Below are positions 26,001 to 39,136 of a stretch of 64,000 nt of DNA, piece by piece (within the stretch, counting starts at the first letter, position 1; each line of letters begins with the position of its first letter). The notes below the pieces were generated by a model. It did no database searches. It worked only from the letters and a program-made list of their open reading frames with translations, and was not told the DNA's origin. This stretch comes from Eledone cirrhosa (lineage: Eukaryota). The DNA is taken from NCBI GenBank assembly GCA_964016885.1, contig OZ024742.1, forward strand, positions 133,238,001-133,302,000. Direction: 5' to 3'. Both the position numbers and the translations under genes were made by a program.

Positions 26001-26073
<73 letters not shown>

Positions 26074-26120
26074 TATATATACACACATATATATATATAC
26101 ACACATATATATATATATAT

Positions 26121-26193
<73 letters not shown>

Positions 26194-26226
26194 TATATAT
26201 ACACACATATATATATATATATACAC

Positions 26227-26287
<61 letters not shown>

Positions 26288-26301
26288 TTTCTTTATTTAT
26301 A

Positions 26302-26359
<58 letters not shown>

Positions 26360-26394
26360 CATATATATATATACACATATATATATATATACAC

Positions 26395-26425
<31 letters not shown>

Positions 26426-26438
26426 TATATATATATAT

Positions 26439-26500
<62 letters not shown>

Positions 26501-27496
26501 TAAAATAACAGATTAAAGTTTAAGCAAAGAATCGCAGTATATATATTTATTTGATATATATTTATCCTTATCGAGCCCTCTTTGGATTTTAGTCTTCAAA
26601 TTTATTATTATTACTATATATATATATATACGCATGAACTTATAATTGCACGTGTATGTGTGTGCATTTGTAGGTGTGTATGGGAGGGTGTGTAGTAACT
26701 TTGCTATATGTGTAATGAATATTATTAACATGACGATTTGATGTTCATAATTCTAAAATGCTAATGATGCCACGTGCTTAAGTCTCGTATAATTAGCAGA
26801 GGAAATTTCTGATGGCAAAATTAGGGACTAAACTCGTTTGCTAGAACAACCATTCATGGTGTCATATTTAAATACTTGTGGTACAGGTGTTTGTATTGTG
26901 AGAGATCATCCAAGATGCAATGCAGCAGCTGTTACTTTTTATGGTAATGATGAGGTTTGCTTTGTAATTGGAAATGTGGGAGATGAAATTTGAGAAACTT
27001 ATATATTATATACTAGAAACCAGCGTGACGCCATCAGTAGATTTTGATCAAATAAATTAATCGACAAACATCAATGAAGATTAGACTCGGTTAAAATCGG
27101 ATACTCATTTATGTAGCGATACATACACATTCGTATACACGCATTTCACATACTTACTAGCACCTGCTTACTATATTTAAATCTAACCATTAGCTTGATC
27201 AGACAGCAATTCACATTCGACCACATGTCACGTAATCTGATAAATGCACCTATTCGTTTGTGCTTCCGCTGTTCGTGTTGCCCAACAATTTACTAACCAG
27301 TAAACTACAACTGTTTCAGAAACCGACCATAATACATCTTCAATACAATAATTAACACAACCCATGAAATTAACTAAAACATGTCTCTTTCAATGACTAT
27401 TATTAATCTGTCTCCTCTTCGTTACACTACTACTTCTACTACTATTGCTACTACTACTACTACTACCACCACCACCACCACCACCACCACCACCAA

Positions 27497-27528
<32 letters not shown>

Positions 27529-27564
27529 TAACAGGAAGCGAAATATGAACAATGATGATAAATG

Positions 27565-28500
27565 ATAATAATTGTTTCTACTTTAGGCACAAGGCCAGCA
27601 ATTAACCAGTGCATTACTGGTACTTTATTTTATCGACCCCGTAAGGATGAAAGGCAAAGTCAACCTCGGCGGGATTTGAACTCCGATCGTAAAGGGACGT
27701 AACTATGCTGGAAAGCATGGCGTCCGACCCTCTACCGATACTGCCAATCCACGCTTTCTTTATTAACCACAAGGGTTTACACAAAGTAAGACATTAAGGA
27801 CAACACAGGGTGGTACAAATGGGCATTTCTGCGTGTAAAAAAACAAAAACAGAGGATGTAACAAAAAACAAACAATGAAAAATTCCCCGATAGGTGTGTG
27901 TGTGGGGGGGGGGGGGGGGGTAAATGATAATAATTGTTTCTACTTTAGGCACAAGGCCAGCAATTACTCAGTACATTACTGGTACTTTATTTTATCGACC
28001 CCGAAAAGATGAAAGGCAAAGTTAACCTCGGCAGGATTTGAACTCAGACTGTAAAGGGACGTAAATATGCTAGAAAGCATGGCGTCCAACCCTCTACCGA
28101 TACTGTCAATTCACCATAATAATTGTTTCTACTTTTTGGCACAAGGACAGCAAATACCCAGTACATTACTGGGACTTTATTTTATCGACCCCGTAAGGAT
28201 GAAAGGCAAAGTTAACCTCGGCGGGATTTGAACTCAGAATGGTAAGGGCCGTAACTCTATGCGTCAAAGCATGGCGTCCGACCCTCTACCGATACTGCCA
28301 ATATTTCTGATTTAAGTACAAAGCCAATAATTATAGGGGGAGGGGAAAGTCGATTAAATAGTCTTCACTGCGTTACTGATACTTTATTTTATCAACCCCG
28401 TAAAAATGAAAGACGTGATTTGAACTCAGGATGTAAAGGGACGTGACTATGTGCCACAAAGCAAGCTGTTCGAGGGTCTACCGATGTTGCTAATTTACTG
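27565..28500 (-). mobile_element. tandem cluster of four SINE copies (27565-27754, 27927-28115, 28116-28302, 28303-28500)
   Basis: Each contains TACTTTATTTTATC(G/A)ACCCCG..GATTTGAACTC..CTACCGAT, the reverse complement of the family core and head. Confidence 0.85.
27755..27895 (-). mobile_element. Tx1 3' UTR terminal fragment
   Basis: Reverse complement matches 3924-4065 (CCTATCGGGGAATT..TACACGCAGAAATGCCCATTTGTACC..GTAAACCCTTGTGGTTAATAAAGAAA). Confidence 0.85.
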
Positions 28501-30439
28501 CAAACTAATCCAAATTAATAACAGTGTTAATAATATTTTCTCCTTTAGCAAGAAGTACGATGGAAGTAAGAACATGATAGGTAACAAAGTAAATGTATAT
28601 ACGGATGGAGGTACATCAACATAGTAAAAATAAGGTAAGCACTTCTCTATACACATAATCACACACACTCACATATGTATATATAAGTGTGTGTGTGTAT
28701 ATATACATATGTGCCTATGTATTTTTGTATACGTATGTGTGTGTGAGGGAGAGAGTCTAATAAAGGCCCCGAAAGAACAGAATAACGCTGTTAAACAGGA
28801 GGGGGCATGTGCAAGTGTAATTTGAACTAAGAAAGCAAAGAGCAAGAGTGAATGCGAAATGCAACTCTTTGAACCTGTTCCAGTTCTTCAAAGCTAATGC
28901 ACAAAGCTCGAAAAGTTAATGGGCACAGTTAATTTCAGTGCGATTTTAACATAAAATGGAGCGAGTAGGGGGAAAAGAAAAGCTGGCTCTACGCCGCGAT
29001 ACGTTTTTAGGGACTGTTAATGTGGACGTATAGAGGGAAATACCATATGGATGAACATGATATATAGAATCTGAGTAGGAGGAAGTTTGTATAGACGGTG
29101 TGAAATATGTAAGAGTTCATACAGTGCAGATTAGAAATTAACGTAAGTTATCGCAATGTGATAAAAAATGTTTGTGTATACCTGAATGACGTCATTAGCT
29201 ATATTCATAGTGCTAGGATGTGCGACAGATAAAATAGAGATATTATGAAAGAGAGAAAGAGAGAAACTAGATAGACAGATAGTGATACAGTAAAAATCAA
29301 TGGAAAATGGTGACAGAGAGATGTCTGAAATTTGAGAAATGAATTATTTAATTTTAAAATGATAAAAGGGAGGTAAACTTACTTTAAGAGATGCAACTGC
29401 ATTTAGTGAGATATGAAAGAAGAAAATAGGGAGAAAGAAACAAAAAAAGAGAGTAATAGAGCGAGGGAGAATAAGAAACTGGTAGATTTGTAGATGCATA
29501 GGCAGACAGACAAGCACACAGAGTGCGAGTAGGTTAAATAGACAGATAGTCAGACAGATAGATAGATGGACACACACACAAACACACAAGTGCACAGACA
29601 CATACACACACATATGTATGTGTGTGTACGTGTATGTCTGTATCACACACACACATATACATATATATATATGTATGTATATGTGTGTGTGATACAGACA
29701 TACACGTACAGTTAACAGAATGGATACATGCTGTCATAAAGACAAGACAAGTATGTGATTGAAATGAATGTTAGTGAATAGAAGAAAATTAGAGGAATGT
29801 GTGGATGGTGAATGTCTTGGAGAGTGAAGAATAAGATAATGAGGAGAGCAAAGAGCTCTTCATTTCAGTGGCAGGCTCTTCGTTCACTGATGAAACTGTC
29901 AACAACAGAAGTAATGGCATCAACAGTTTCACCAATGATCATAATATGTTTGGCTACTTTACGTCCTGCCAGAATCAGATTCTTGAGTGTAGCATTAATG
30001 AATCCTGAAAATCGTTTCACAATAAATACTAAATATTACCGACGCTTGAGAGTGATTTCTCGTCTGGATTTTCCTGGTCGTGCCTGAAGAAGTTGATGGG
30101 GATGGTGATGAAGTTGACGACCATGATGATGATGTGTGTGATGATGGTGATGGTTGTGATGATGATGAGGGTGATGATGATCATGATCTAGCGAACGATG
30201 ACCACTGCCCAAAGAAATATGCGCATTCAGTTAGGAAGTGATTCAGGATGAATCAGGAAATTTAAATGAGAAAAAGAAGAAGAAGAAGAAGAAATGTCTT
30301 AATCAATACACTCTGAAATGTTGGCCTGTATTTTTGCAGTGGTGTGTATACACAAGAATTTGTGCAGCGCATTAGAATGAGGGTTAAATCAACACACAGA
30401 CACACATACACACAGGTGCACACACACACACACGCACAC

Positions 30440-30570
<131 letters not shown>

Positions 30571-31989
30571 TATATGTGTGTGTGTGTATGTGTGTCTGTG
30601 TGCACACACTTGTATGTTTATGGTATGTGTGTATGTAAGTGTCTGTATGCTGGTCTGTTAGAGATAGGTATTCACGGTTTGTGATGATTGGCATATCCTC
30701 AGCATATTTGAGTAGCTAATCGAAATATTGCCCATGAAATTCTCAGCGTCTATTTCATTTGACCCGCTGTTTCGTACAATAATATCTGCCATTTACATTT
30801 CTGACACATCGAGGTACCTGGAAGATATTTCGCTGGAAACCATTTACATGCATTCGTATGCTGTATACATTTGATGTGGAAATCTAACTCCTAGTACTTG
30901 AAGAGCACTTAAACGATGTTTGCTGACAATGCAGTCATTAAAATTGGTAAGTTGCTGTAAATAATCCAATATTGATGTAAAGCCTGCAAGGTATTAAAGA
31001 AATATATCTGCATAGAATATTATATGTGCAGTTGATTTAGTAGATATATTTAAATAATATATAAGGTGTGTAACTTTCAATGTGCTCGGTCTGTGTTGTC
31101 TTAGACCCAAGGTCGTTTACATACTTTATTTGCCGATCTATATATTTCATTAACAAATGCTTTTGACAAGATGAAGATGCACTCACAACACACGCGGAGC
31201 CTTATACAAACACATACACACATATACATATATGTATATGTATGCATATATTATATATATCAGAAGTACATACTCAAAGGAACTAAAGAATTTAGACCAT
31301 AATGTCTCGAGCCATATGTAAAACCATACTTATATCAACGGCATATTCTGCCAAACTCATGATACATCGATGCACGATGAAACCCTTATATCATAATCTA
31401 AATATTATTATTTAATGTTCATACAAAATGTTCGTATTTGTTCAAGATTAGTTTATGATCGTACATAAATAATACACTCTTTTATCATGGCATGTGAATT
31501 CTCTATATTCATATTACCCGTTTTAATTCACTTCATTAATAAGATAGTAAATATCATTTACATGGCATGTATACACACATACTTCCATGAATATTATTTT
31601 TTATACTAATACCTTGGGCTATGTCAACAAACCTCTACATTTCAAGAGGTTTCTGAGGCAGGTAAAAGACAGGTGACAGAACAATATTCAAAGAAACGAT
31701 GGCAATTGATGTTGTTTTTGAAAATTGCCGTGGCAACATACTGGTACAGAATTCCACTGCTGAAATGTGCGATTAAAGTATCAGAATAAGAGATATCTAT
31801 ATTTTAAGAAACTGCAATCATAAAGAAATGCGACCTAACCAGAGATCTGATCCTTGGTATAAAACCGTAAATATGGTACTAATTTGAAATTATTACAGAA
31901 TAATCTAATTTGATTAGCGTAGAAGAGTTACACTATTCTTTATATAAAGCATAATGATAATTTTCGAGCAACACATTATTACAATTATC

Positions 31990-33700
31990 TCTGTGATCTA
32001 TGTATTCGACCCATGGCAGTGGACATGGTTTTTCGACGACGAGTGGACACGATCTCGTACAGCTCAATCATTCTGAGCATCAGCGAGACATTATGCTCTG
32101 CCGTGATTAGAATAGTGATAAATGGTGGGTGTGACGGTATTGCGCATGCGGCGAAGCATTTATTTGAACATGCGCCTCTATCGTCACCTCCTCTCTTGAT
32201 AAAGCTGGAAATGCGAAACACATCTAATAGTGTTAGACGTGACGTGTATATTTCTTTTATGGTACATATAGCATGCTCATTGGTACTGGCAACAGGATCA
32301 TTCTGACAGAGCTATCCTTTACGCACTCAGCCCATTCGCCTTTTCATGTCAGTTGACTATATTACCAACTTAGTCTACTCAAATTTCAACGCCTAGTATA
32401 TGGATGATGCGTCACTGGGTTGCTCGGATGAATCTGTCATTGACAAGTAAGAGCAAATCATACCAGTCGTGTCACTGATCAGATCAGGTCAGCACGTCCA
32501 GGTTATGTGATGGACCTGAGTCTTAACGAAACTCAAACTTTAAGATACTGTACTGAAAATCCAATACAACACCAAACGACAATGATCCATTCTTAACTGT
32601 CTACAGTAAATTCATATAAAAAGAACCATGAAACTAAATGATCTGACCTGACAAGGACGACGGAGAGATTTCACCACATTGATGCGTATTTGACGGACTT
32701 CCTCCGGATTTCTTTTTAAGATACTCAGTGCGCCTTGTTACTCTCATGCGGTGAACCTCAATTAACTTGACGTCACCATCCGAAAGCTGCAATACATCCA
32801 ATTGATATGTTGGTTTCGTAGATGTCGACTGAGAAAGGCGAAATTCCCCATGAGTTTCAATGAACTAGGCCACCTAGCCAAGCTAGTTAGGAATCTCTGG
32901 ACTAAGTATGTTCTACCATATCCACGTTTTTCATCATCAGTGATATTCTCTGCAAGACATCATAAACAGATGTGTGTATAGTACGAGGCATCTCTGGCCG
33001 CTTGGAGTGACAATGGTCAAACTACACCGCCCCTCCTCAGTGTTCAGGTGTTGAACGCATTTGGGAGGTCTTATGCAGGTCAATATTTCGCCTGACTCCG
33101 TTCTATTTCACAGCTAAATTGTTGACGTCTAGCCTAATTATTTGCCCTTCTCATCGACCTGTGCCCAACTTGAAGATAAATATACCCGTATTCGATTGAT
33201 CCATAGAAATGACGTAGTGGATCAAGGGTCGACACTTGCATATTTTTCGCCACAGTTCATGTCGGCTTCCTTACAGTGACGCCTTTAACACCTTCACATC
33301 ATTAAACATGGTGTGGCTGATTTCTAATCACAACTGGAATTAGACGGATTTGGCCGTGGTTAAGACATGCACCTAACTGTTTAACCCTCTTCCTGTTCGA
33401 AAGAGGTAGATCTCTAATTTGGGTTAACATGTGCTACGGCACATTCTCTACCGCCAACCTTGTTGTTTCAGCCCCGTATCGAAGCACTGTCGTCAGGAAC
33501 GTTGGATAGATGACGACAGTAACTAATCGGAAATTCAGCGACCAGTTTTCTTTCGAGCCTGACACCTTCGAGAACTGTGCTTTCCTCAAACTCTGAATTA
33601 TTGTTTTCTTCCACAAGAAGGAGTCTCTCAATGCAGAGAGACTGATGTTGCGATGGTCACAGATAATACTCTGTGGTAATCACTGCACCATTTTGTTCCC
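31990..33700 (+). mobile_element. highly decayed CRE-like RLE non-LTR retrotransposon
   Basis: Remnant motifs in the expected order: IRPMAV..FRR, GGCDGIAHA, IKLEMRNTSNSVRRD (cf. KLDFxNAFNSVRRD), YMDDASLG (~32398), and RLE-like LTLFLFERGRSLIW (~33381-33422). Confidence 0.65.
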
Positions 33701-34226
33701 GGAATAAAACTTCGTTTTACTGTATAGCCAAATATGTAATGTCTAGCGCTCCCTAACGTTTCCCCTTACTTTCATTATTTATTGTTATTCCTTTTTTTTC
33801 TCCTTCATTTACGGTCATTTCTTTAAAGAATACAAACGTTGATTGTAGGAGTAGGTGAAGTAATGCATCTGTTTCAGCATTCGGTGATAAGAAGGACGGG
33901 TGCGGGTCTAAAAACCAAATTCGCTATTTTCAATTCGGTATTCGGTATGCCAATACTTACTTATGGTTAGGAACCTTATCTAATGAACAAAAGCATACGA
34001 TGTCGAATACAACCCCTGGAATGGTATTCATGTGAAAGGTTTTTGAAGTGGCGTTACTCAAAAGATTGCCTAGATCGGAGATCAGAAAGTTGCATCCTGA
34101 GTTCAAATATCACATTGGACGTATTGTGCGATGGAGGTAACTCATGCGTCACCACAGTTATACTGCTCTACCAATGCCTTTATTAAAATATCGTACTCTC
34201 TCGGACACGCAGGCACAATTACATTG

Positions 34227-34270
<44 letters not shown>

Positions 34271-34362
34271 TCAACATGAATAGATCTGTTATTTTTATCT
34301 AAAGACATGTTTTCCAATTCCAACCCGCCCGTCCCCCCCAATCTATTTTATTTCTCATTCTT

Positions 34363-34398
34363 TCTTCTGATGAAGGACTAGCGTCCGAAACGTTAAGA
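34363..34398 (+). ncRNA. minimal hammerhead ribozyme motif (PLE type)
   Basis: TCTT-CTGATGA-A-GGAC-TAGC-GTCC-GAAAC-GTT-AAGA; stems I and II pair; palindromic AACGTT stem III. Confidence 0.8.
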
Positions 34399-35294
34399 CC
34401 CTCTTCCTGCTATATCAAGCATTATATCCCTTCCAAATATTGTACCGATTGTGTTGTTATATCTGTTTTACACACACATATATATATATATATTTATAAC
34501 ATGCAAACACACGCATGGTCGCACACACATACACACATATACCCACACACACATACTTATACATACATCTGACTGGGTGCCGGTGTGCCTGTGTGTGTGA
34601 GCGTGTGTACGAACCACGAAGTGAATAATTCGTTATTATGATATGTATGGTGTGAGATACGCAGTTTATCAAGTAGCTTGATTTCGAAAATAACATGATA
34701 TCTCTTTGCATAGGCTTTGCCAGTGAGGCTTTACAAGAATTTCCTCAATAATCATAGAAACAAGGATTATCACTCGCAATAGCGATTGCTTCGGTGCATA
34801 TCCACTGATGCAGGCCATCCGGTACACAGGAGTCAGCCAGTAAATGATTTATCTGCCACATACTTTATCTAGAACATCATTTCATCTTCTTCACACCCTC
34901 TGCCTTACCACATTTGAATATCTAGAGACCTCAGCTTCCGCGTGGATATTCTTCGCGCCTAGATTTACATCATGTAAATCGGATGTTGTTATAATCGGAT
35001 CTTAAAAAAGCAGAGTAATTCGTTCAGTTTACCATATATATTACTATTATTTTTGATTTTTAAATTTAGATATATATAATTTTAACTTAAGTCTTGATTT
35101 TTCTCCATAATGTTGTTGATTATAAATCAATTACATGCACGTTTTGCTGTTACGCTTATGCATCTATAAATGTGTTATTAACATCCCATACTAGTTGATA
35201 AAATTATTCAATACTGGTTGCTGATTCGAATCTTTTAAAACACTCTTTGTTGAACTTGTGTTTTGTGGGTTATTGAACTAGCACACACACACAA

Positions 35295-35536
<242 letters not shown>

Positions 35537-36577
35537 ACTTCAAATGAACCACATTACATAGATAACAAGGGAAAACAACAACCCCATACATTTTGCTCAT
35601 ATTCCATTTCAATCTCACCGGACTAAGGCCTCTATATATAGCAATCTCATTCAACTATTAATCAATATACTCTCATATAAATAATGTTTTTGATTAATCC
35701 TGGCCAAGGGTTAAATATTAATTTTAGTGACTGTGATAGCATACATTGGTGTAGAATTTAACATCTTCTATATTCGATAGATTTGGTGGCAAACAGCTCG
35801 TTAGAATAATGGAACAAAACCTGAACTGATATCCGAGAGAAGTGGTATTCGATTTCTCGCAGACAACTCTGACTATATTTATCCATGCCCAAATGAAGGT
35901 TAACCAAATGTTTCTTCTATTATTTATATTAGTCCACTTTTATTTTTATGTTCATTTGCGTTGTGTCATGCACATTTTATATTTATCTATTGCCTCCGTA
36001 ACCAATTTACTTATACATATCATAAACTCACATACGCATATATATAAATATATGTGTGTCTGTAAATAATATGTATATATATATATATATAGGAAGAGAG
36101 AGAGATAGAGATAAAGGTAGAGATAGAGATAGATATAAATAGATAGATATATACATATGTATATATTTATATAACAATTTCTGTATGTGTGTGTGTATGT
36201 GCGTGCGTTTGTGTGTGCGAATGTCTGTGTGCCTATCCATTCATATATGTACACATACGTGTATGTGTGTCAATGTATATATAGTCGTATGGAGAGAAAT
36301 ATATATATTTAATGTAATTTATTTTCTATTGGTCTAAAAGTGATATATATTTTTCCAGTAATAGTAAAATCATTAATGTTTTGTTTAGGGTCAGAGAAAT
36401 AAACATTTCAGCTTGAGAAATCAACCGCAGAAAGCCTTTTGAACTGTTACCACAGGGATGATAAAGAGATAGAAATCAAACCACTATAATTATAGCACAC
36501 GCACACTACCCACACATATTCACACACACACACGCACACATACCCCTATTTATATATACATATATATATTTTATGTG

Positions 36578-36624
<47 letters not shown>

Positions 36625-36628
<4 letters not shown>

Positions 36629-36897
36629 AGTATATGTTGGTTGTTTACCGACACCTTAGTATGCAGATTGGAGCACTCAACGAAGTACGCAGGTTGGTTT
36701 GGTTACTACGGATTGATGTAAAATTATTAAATCAAATATTTAATATTTAGCTTCGTTTATTAAAGATGTACTGCTACATATATTTCGGTGACAGCCTGAA
36801 GAGGTCACAGCCAATGATGGCTGTCACCGAAATATTTATAGCAGTACATCCTCAATAAACGAAGCCAAATTTTAAATATTTGATTTAATTATTTTAT
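36625..36897. mobile_element. PLE terminal foldback module in (TA)n (same family as 18937 and 63451)
   Basis: Inverted arms ~36719-36796/36819-36897; HHR core CTGAAGA..GAAA at 36796-36845, with the 5' strand of stem I lost at the inversion junction. Confidence 0.7.
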
Positions 36898-36913
36898 ATA
36901 TATATATTTTATA

Positions 36914-36962
<49 letters not shown>

Positions 36963-36967
<5 letters not shown>

Positions 36968-38376
36968 TCTAGTTGATAAGAAAATTAGGATGTTGTTGTG
37001 ATTCAATCCGGAGCTTTCTTGTTATGTAAGAGGTGTGTCGAGACGTGTGGACAACTTGTGAAGAATTCATTTCTCGTGTTTAGGCAATCACTATTGCATA
37101 ATCTCTCTAGAATACTTATTCGTTCAACAATACATAGTCTACACGACGGATCTCCCCCTGCGTATGGTTTGGAATTAGTCATGGCTTTCAATTGAATGGA
37201 GTAGTCTATACTTGAGTCCTTGAGGGACCATACGTGGCTCGCGAGTTTCGTGGTTGGCCTATTTATTTTAGATATATTACTTGTGAAATTCCCGGACTTC
37301 CACACGGGAATATACCGCGACGACGGACTGAACTTATCGAGCCATAAAAGTGGTCACGACCTCGACCGGTTTAAAAAAGACTTAGCTTCTACCTTCAATG
37401 AGTTAGGACTTAGGATAACAGTAGCTACCAACCTCTCTAGCCTAGACTTCTTAGACATTAATTTAGACCTTCGCAAACACACCTACATACCCTACCATAA
37501 GCTAAACGAAAAACTCAATTACATTCACAAGGACTCATGCCGCCCTCCCACTGATTTCAGAAACTTCGTAAATAATATCAGTACTAGAATCTCAAACCTT
37601 CCCTCTAATAAGGCTATATTTGACAGTGTGGCACCCTACTATACCACGGCGTTAGCTAACAGCGGCTTCTCGCAACCTATCACTTACTCTTCCACTATCA
37701 ACAACAGCAATAAGAAAAAAAGCGTAACAATAGACAAATTATCTGGTTCTCTCCTCCCTTCTCACTCAACGCTTCCTGAATCACCAGTCATCTTTAGGTA
37801 CCCGGACAGACGTTCATCCACGAAACTCGCAAGCCACGTATGGTCCCTCAAGTATTCAAGTTTAGACTACTCCATTCAATTGAAAGCCATGACTAATTCC
37901 AAGCCATACGCATGGGGAACTCCGTCGTGTGGATTATGTATTGATGAACGAATAAATATTCTAAAAAGATTATGCAATACTGATTGCTTAAACACGAGAA
38001 ATGAATTCTTCACACGTTGTCCACACGTCTCGAAACACCTCGTAAATAACTACAAAGCTCCGGATTGAATCACAACATCATTCTAATTTTCTTATCAACT
38101 AGAAACTTTTCGGACTTTCGCAGTTATCTCACTTACACCTCTCGCACGCTCTTTAGTATTGCCTGTGTGAATTGACAGTCTCCGCACATGCGCCTTCGTA
38201 CGGTTTTCCTTCCTGTTCCGTATAACCATGTCCCTTACGAGCTGAGGATCCGTTAAGGTGAAACAAATGTTCTCGGTATGGTGAACTAACTGTTGTGTAA
38301 CCACTTCTACCTAATTCGTCCCATGGACTGAGTGCTCTACCACTACGGATATTACCTTCCAGTGTTCTACCACTAT
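36963..38376 (+). mobile_element. Penelope-like element (RT YRDDGL type with KPY-CxxC-CxH C-terminus), 5'-truncated, internally deleted, with inverted 3' copy
   Basis: ORF 37220-38068: GIYRDDGL, LDFLDINLDL, YIHKDS.PP, STKLASHVWSLK, KPY..CGLCIDE..LNTRNE..CPH; inverted repeat 36963-37253/37817-38107; HHR 38238-38275; (TA)n flanks. Confidence 0.85.
38238..38275 (+). ncRNA. minimal hammerhead ribozyme motif in the PLE 3' repeat
   Basis: CGAG-CTGAGGA-T-CC-GTTAA-GG-T-GAAA-C-AAAT-GTT-CTCG; 4-bp stem I. Confidence 0.7.
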
Positions 38377-38384
38377 ATATATAT

Positions 38385-38513
38385 ATAACAAAGACATTGT
38401 GGTAAGGAACCAAATGGACCATAACGTACCAGAGTAATCAATACTTAGGCTAGTAGAGTGGGAAATAGCCGTCGAAACGGCTTGATCTCTGCCGTCGGGG
38501 TCATTAATTTTCC
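38385..38513 (-). repeat. short repeat in (TA)n; relatives at 60757-60920 (foldback) and 61215-61520
   Basis: Shared GACCATAAC..ATACTT..TAGTAGAGT and ATAGCCGTCGAAACGGC motifs. Confidence 0.65.
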
Positions 38514-38531
38514 TATATATATATATATATA

Positions 38532-38601
<70 letters not shown>

Positions 38602-38603
38602 CA

Positions 38604-38634
<31 letters not shown>

Positions 38635-39136
38635 GTGTGTGTGGATATATATCCAAACATATTGCTCGTGGCAACTTTGTTCTTAAAGATACTCCAGCGA
38701 ATCTTTCCGTAGTCATTCTGACCATATGTCAATATTATTGGAGCTGATTTCTTGCGATTCAGAGAAGTATTAATTCTATATGGATCTACACCCTGTTCTG
38801 TGTTACGCTTTCTATCTAGTAAGATTAATCCACAATTCGTTCAGAAAAATCTGATTTCGACCGCTTGAATTCGCAATCGCATTCTCTCGGTTATTAACCA
38901 AGATTCACGACCAAACTCCGGGGTTTATACTAACAGGGAACTTAAGGTAGTGCGTATGTCGACAGTATATATATATATATATATATATACTGTCATTACA
39001 AAAGCAGAATCCGACGAGCTTTTGATAGCAGAGTCGGGCCAGATCGATACAGATCGTACCTTGAGCTGATCAATGGCGAAACGCGCGTCACCAACCAATT
39101 AACGTAATGAATGCATAACAAATCGTTGTTGTATTA

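Noticed and set aside
27565-28500. Regularly repeated units resembling a CRISPR array or tRNA cluster
   Set aside because: Units are ~190 bp SINE copies; no cloverleaf or spacer structure; eukaryotic context
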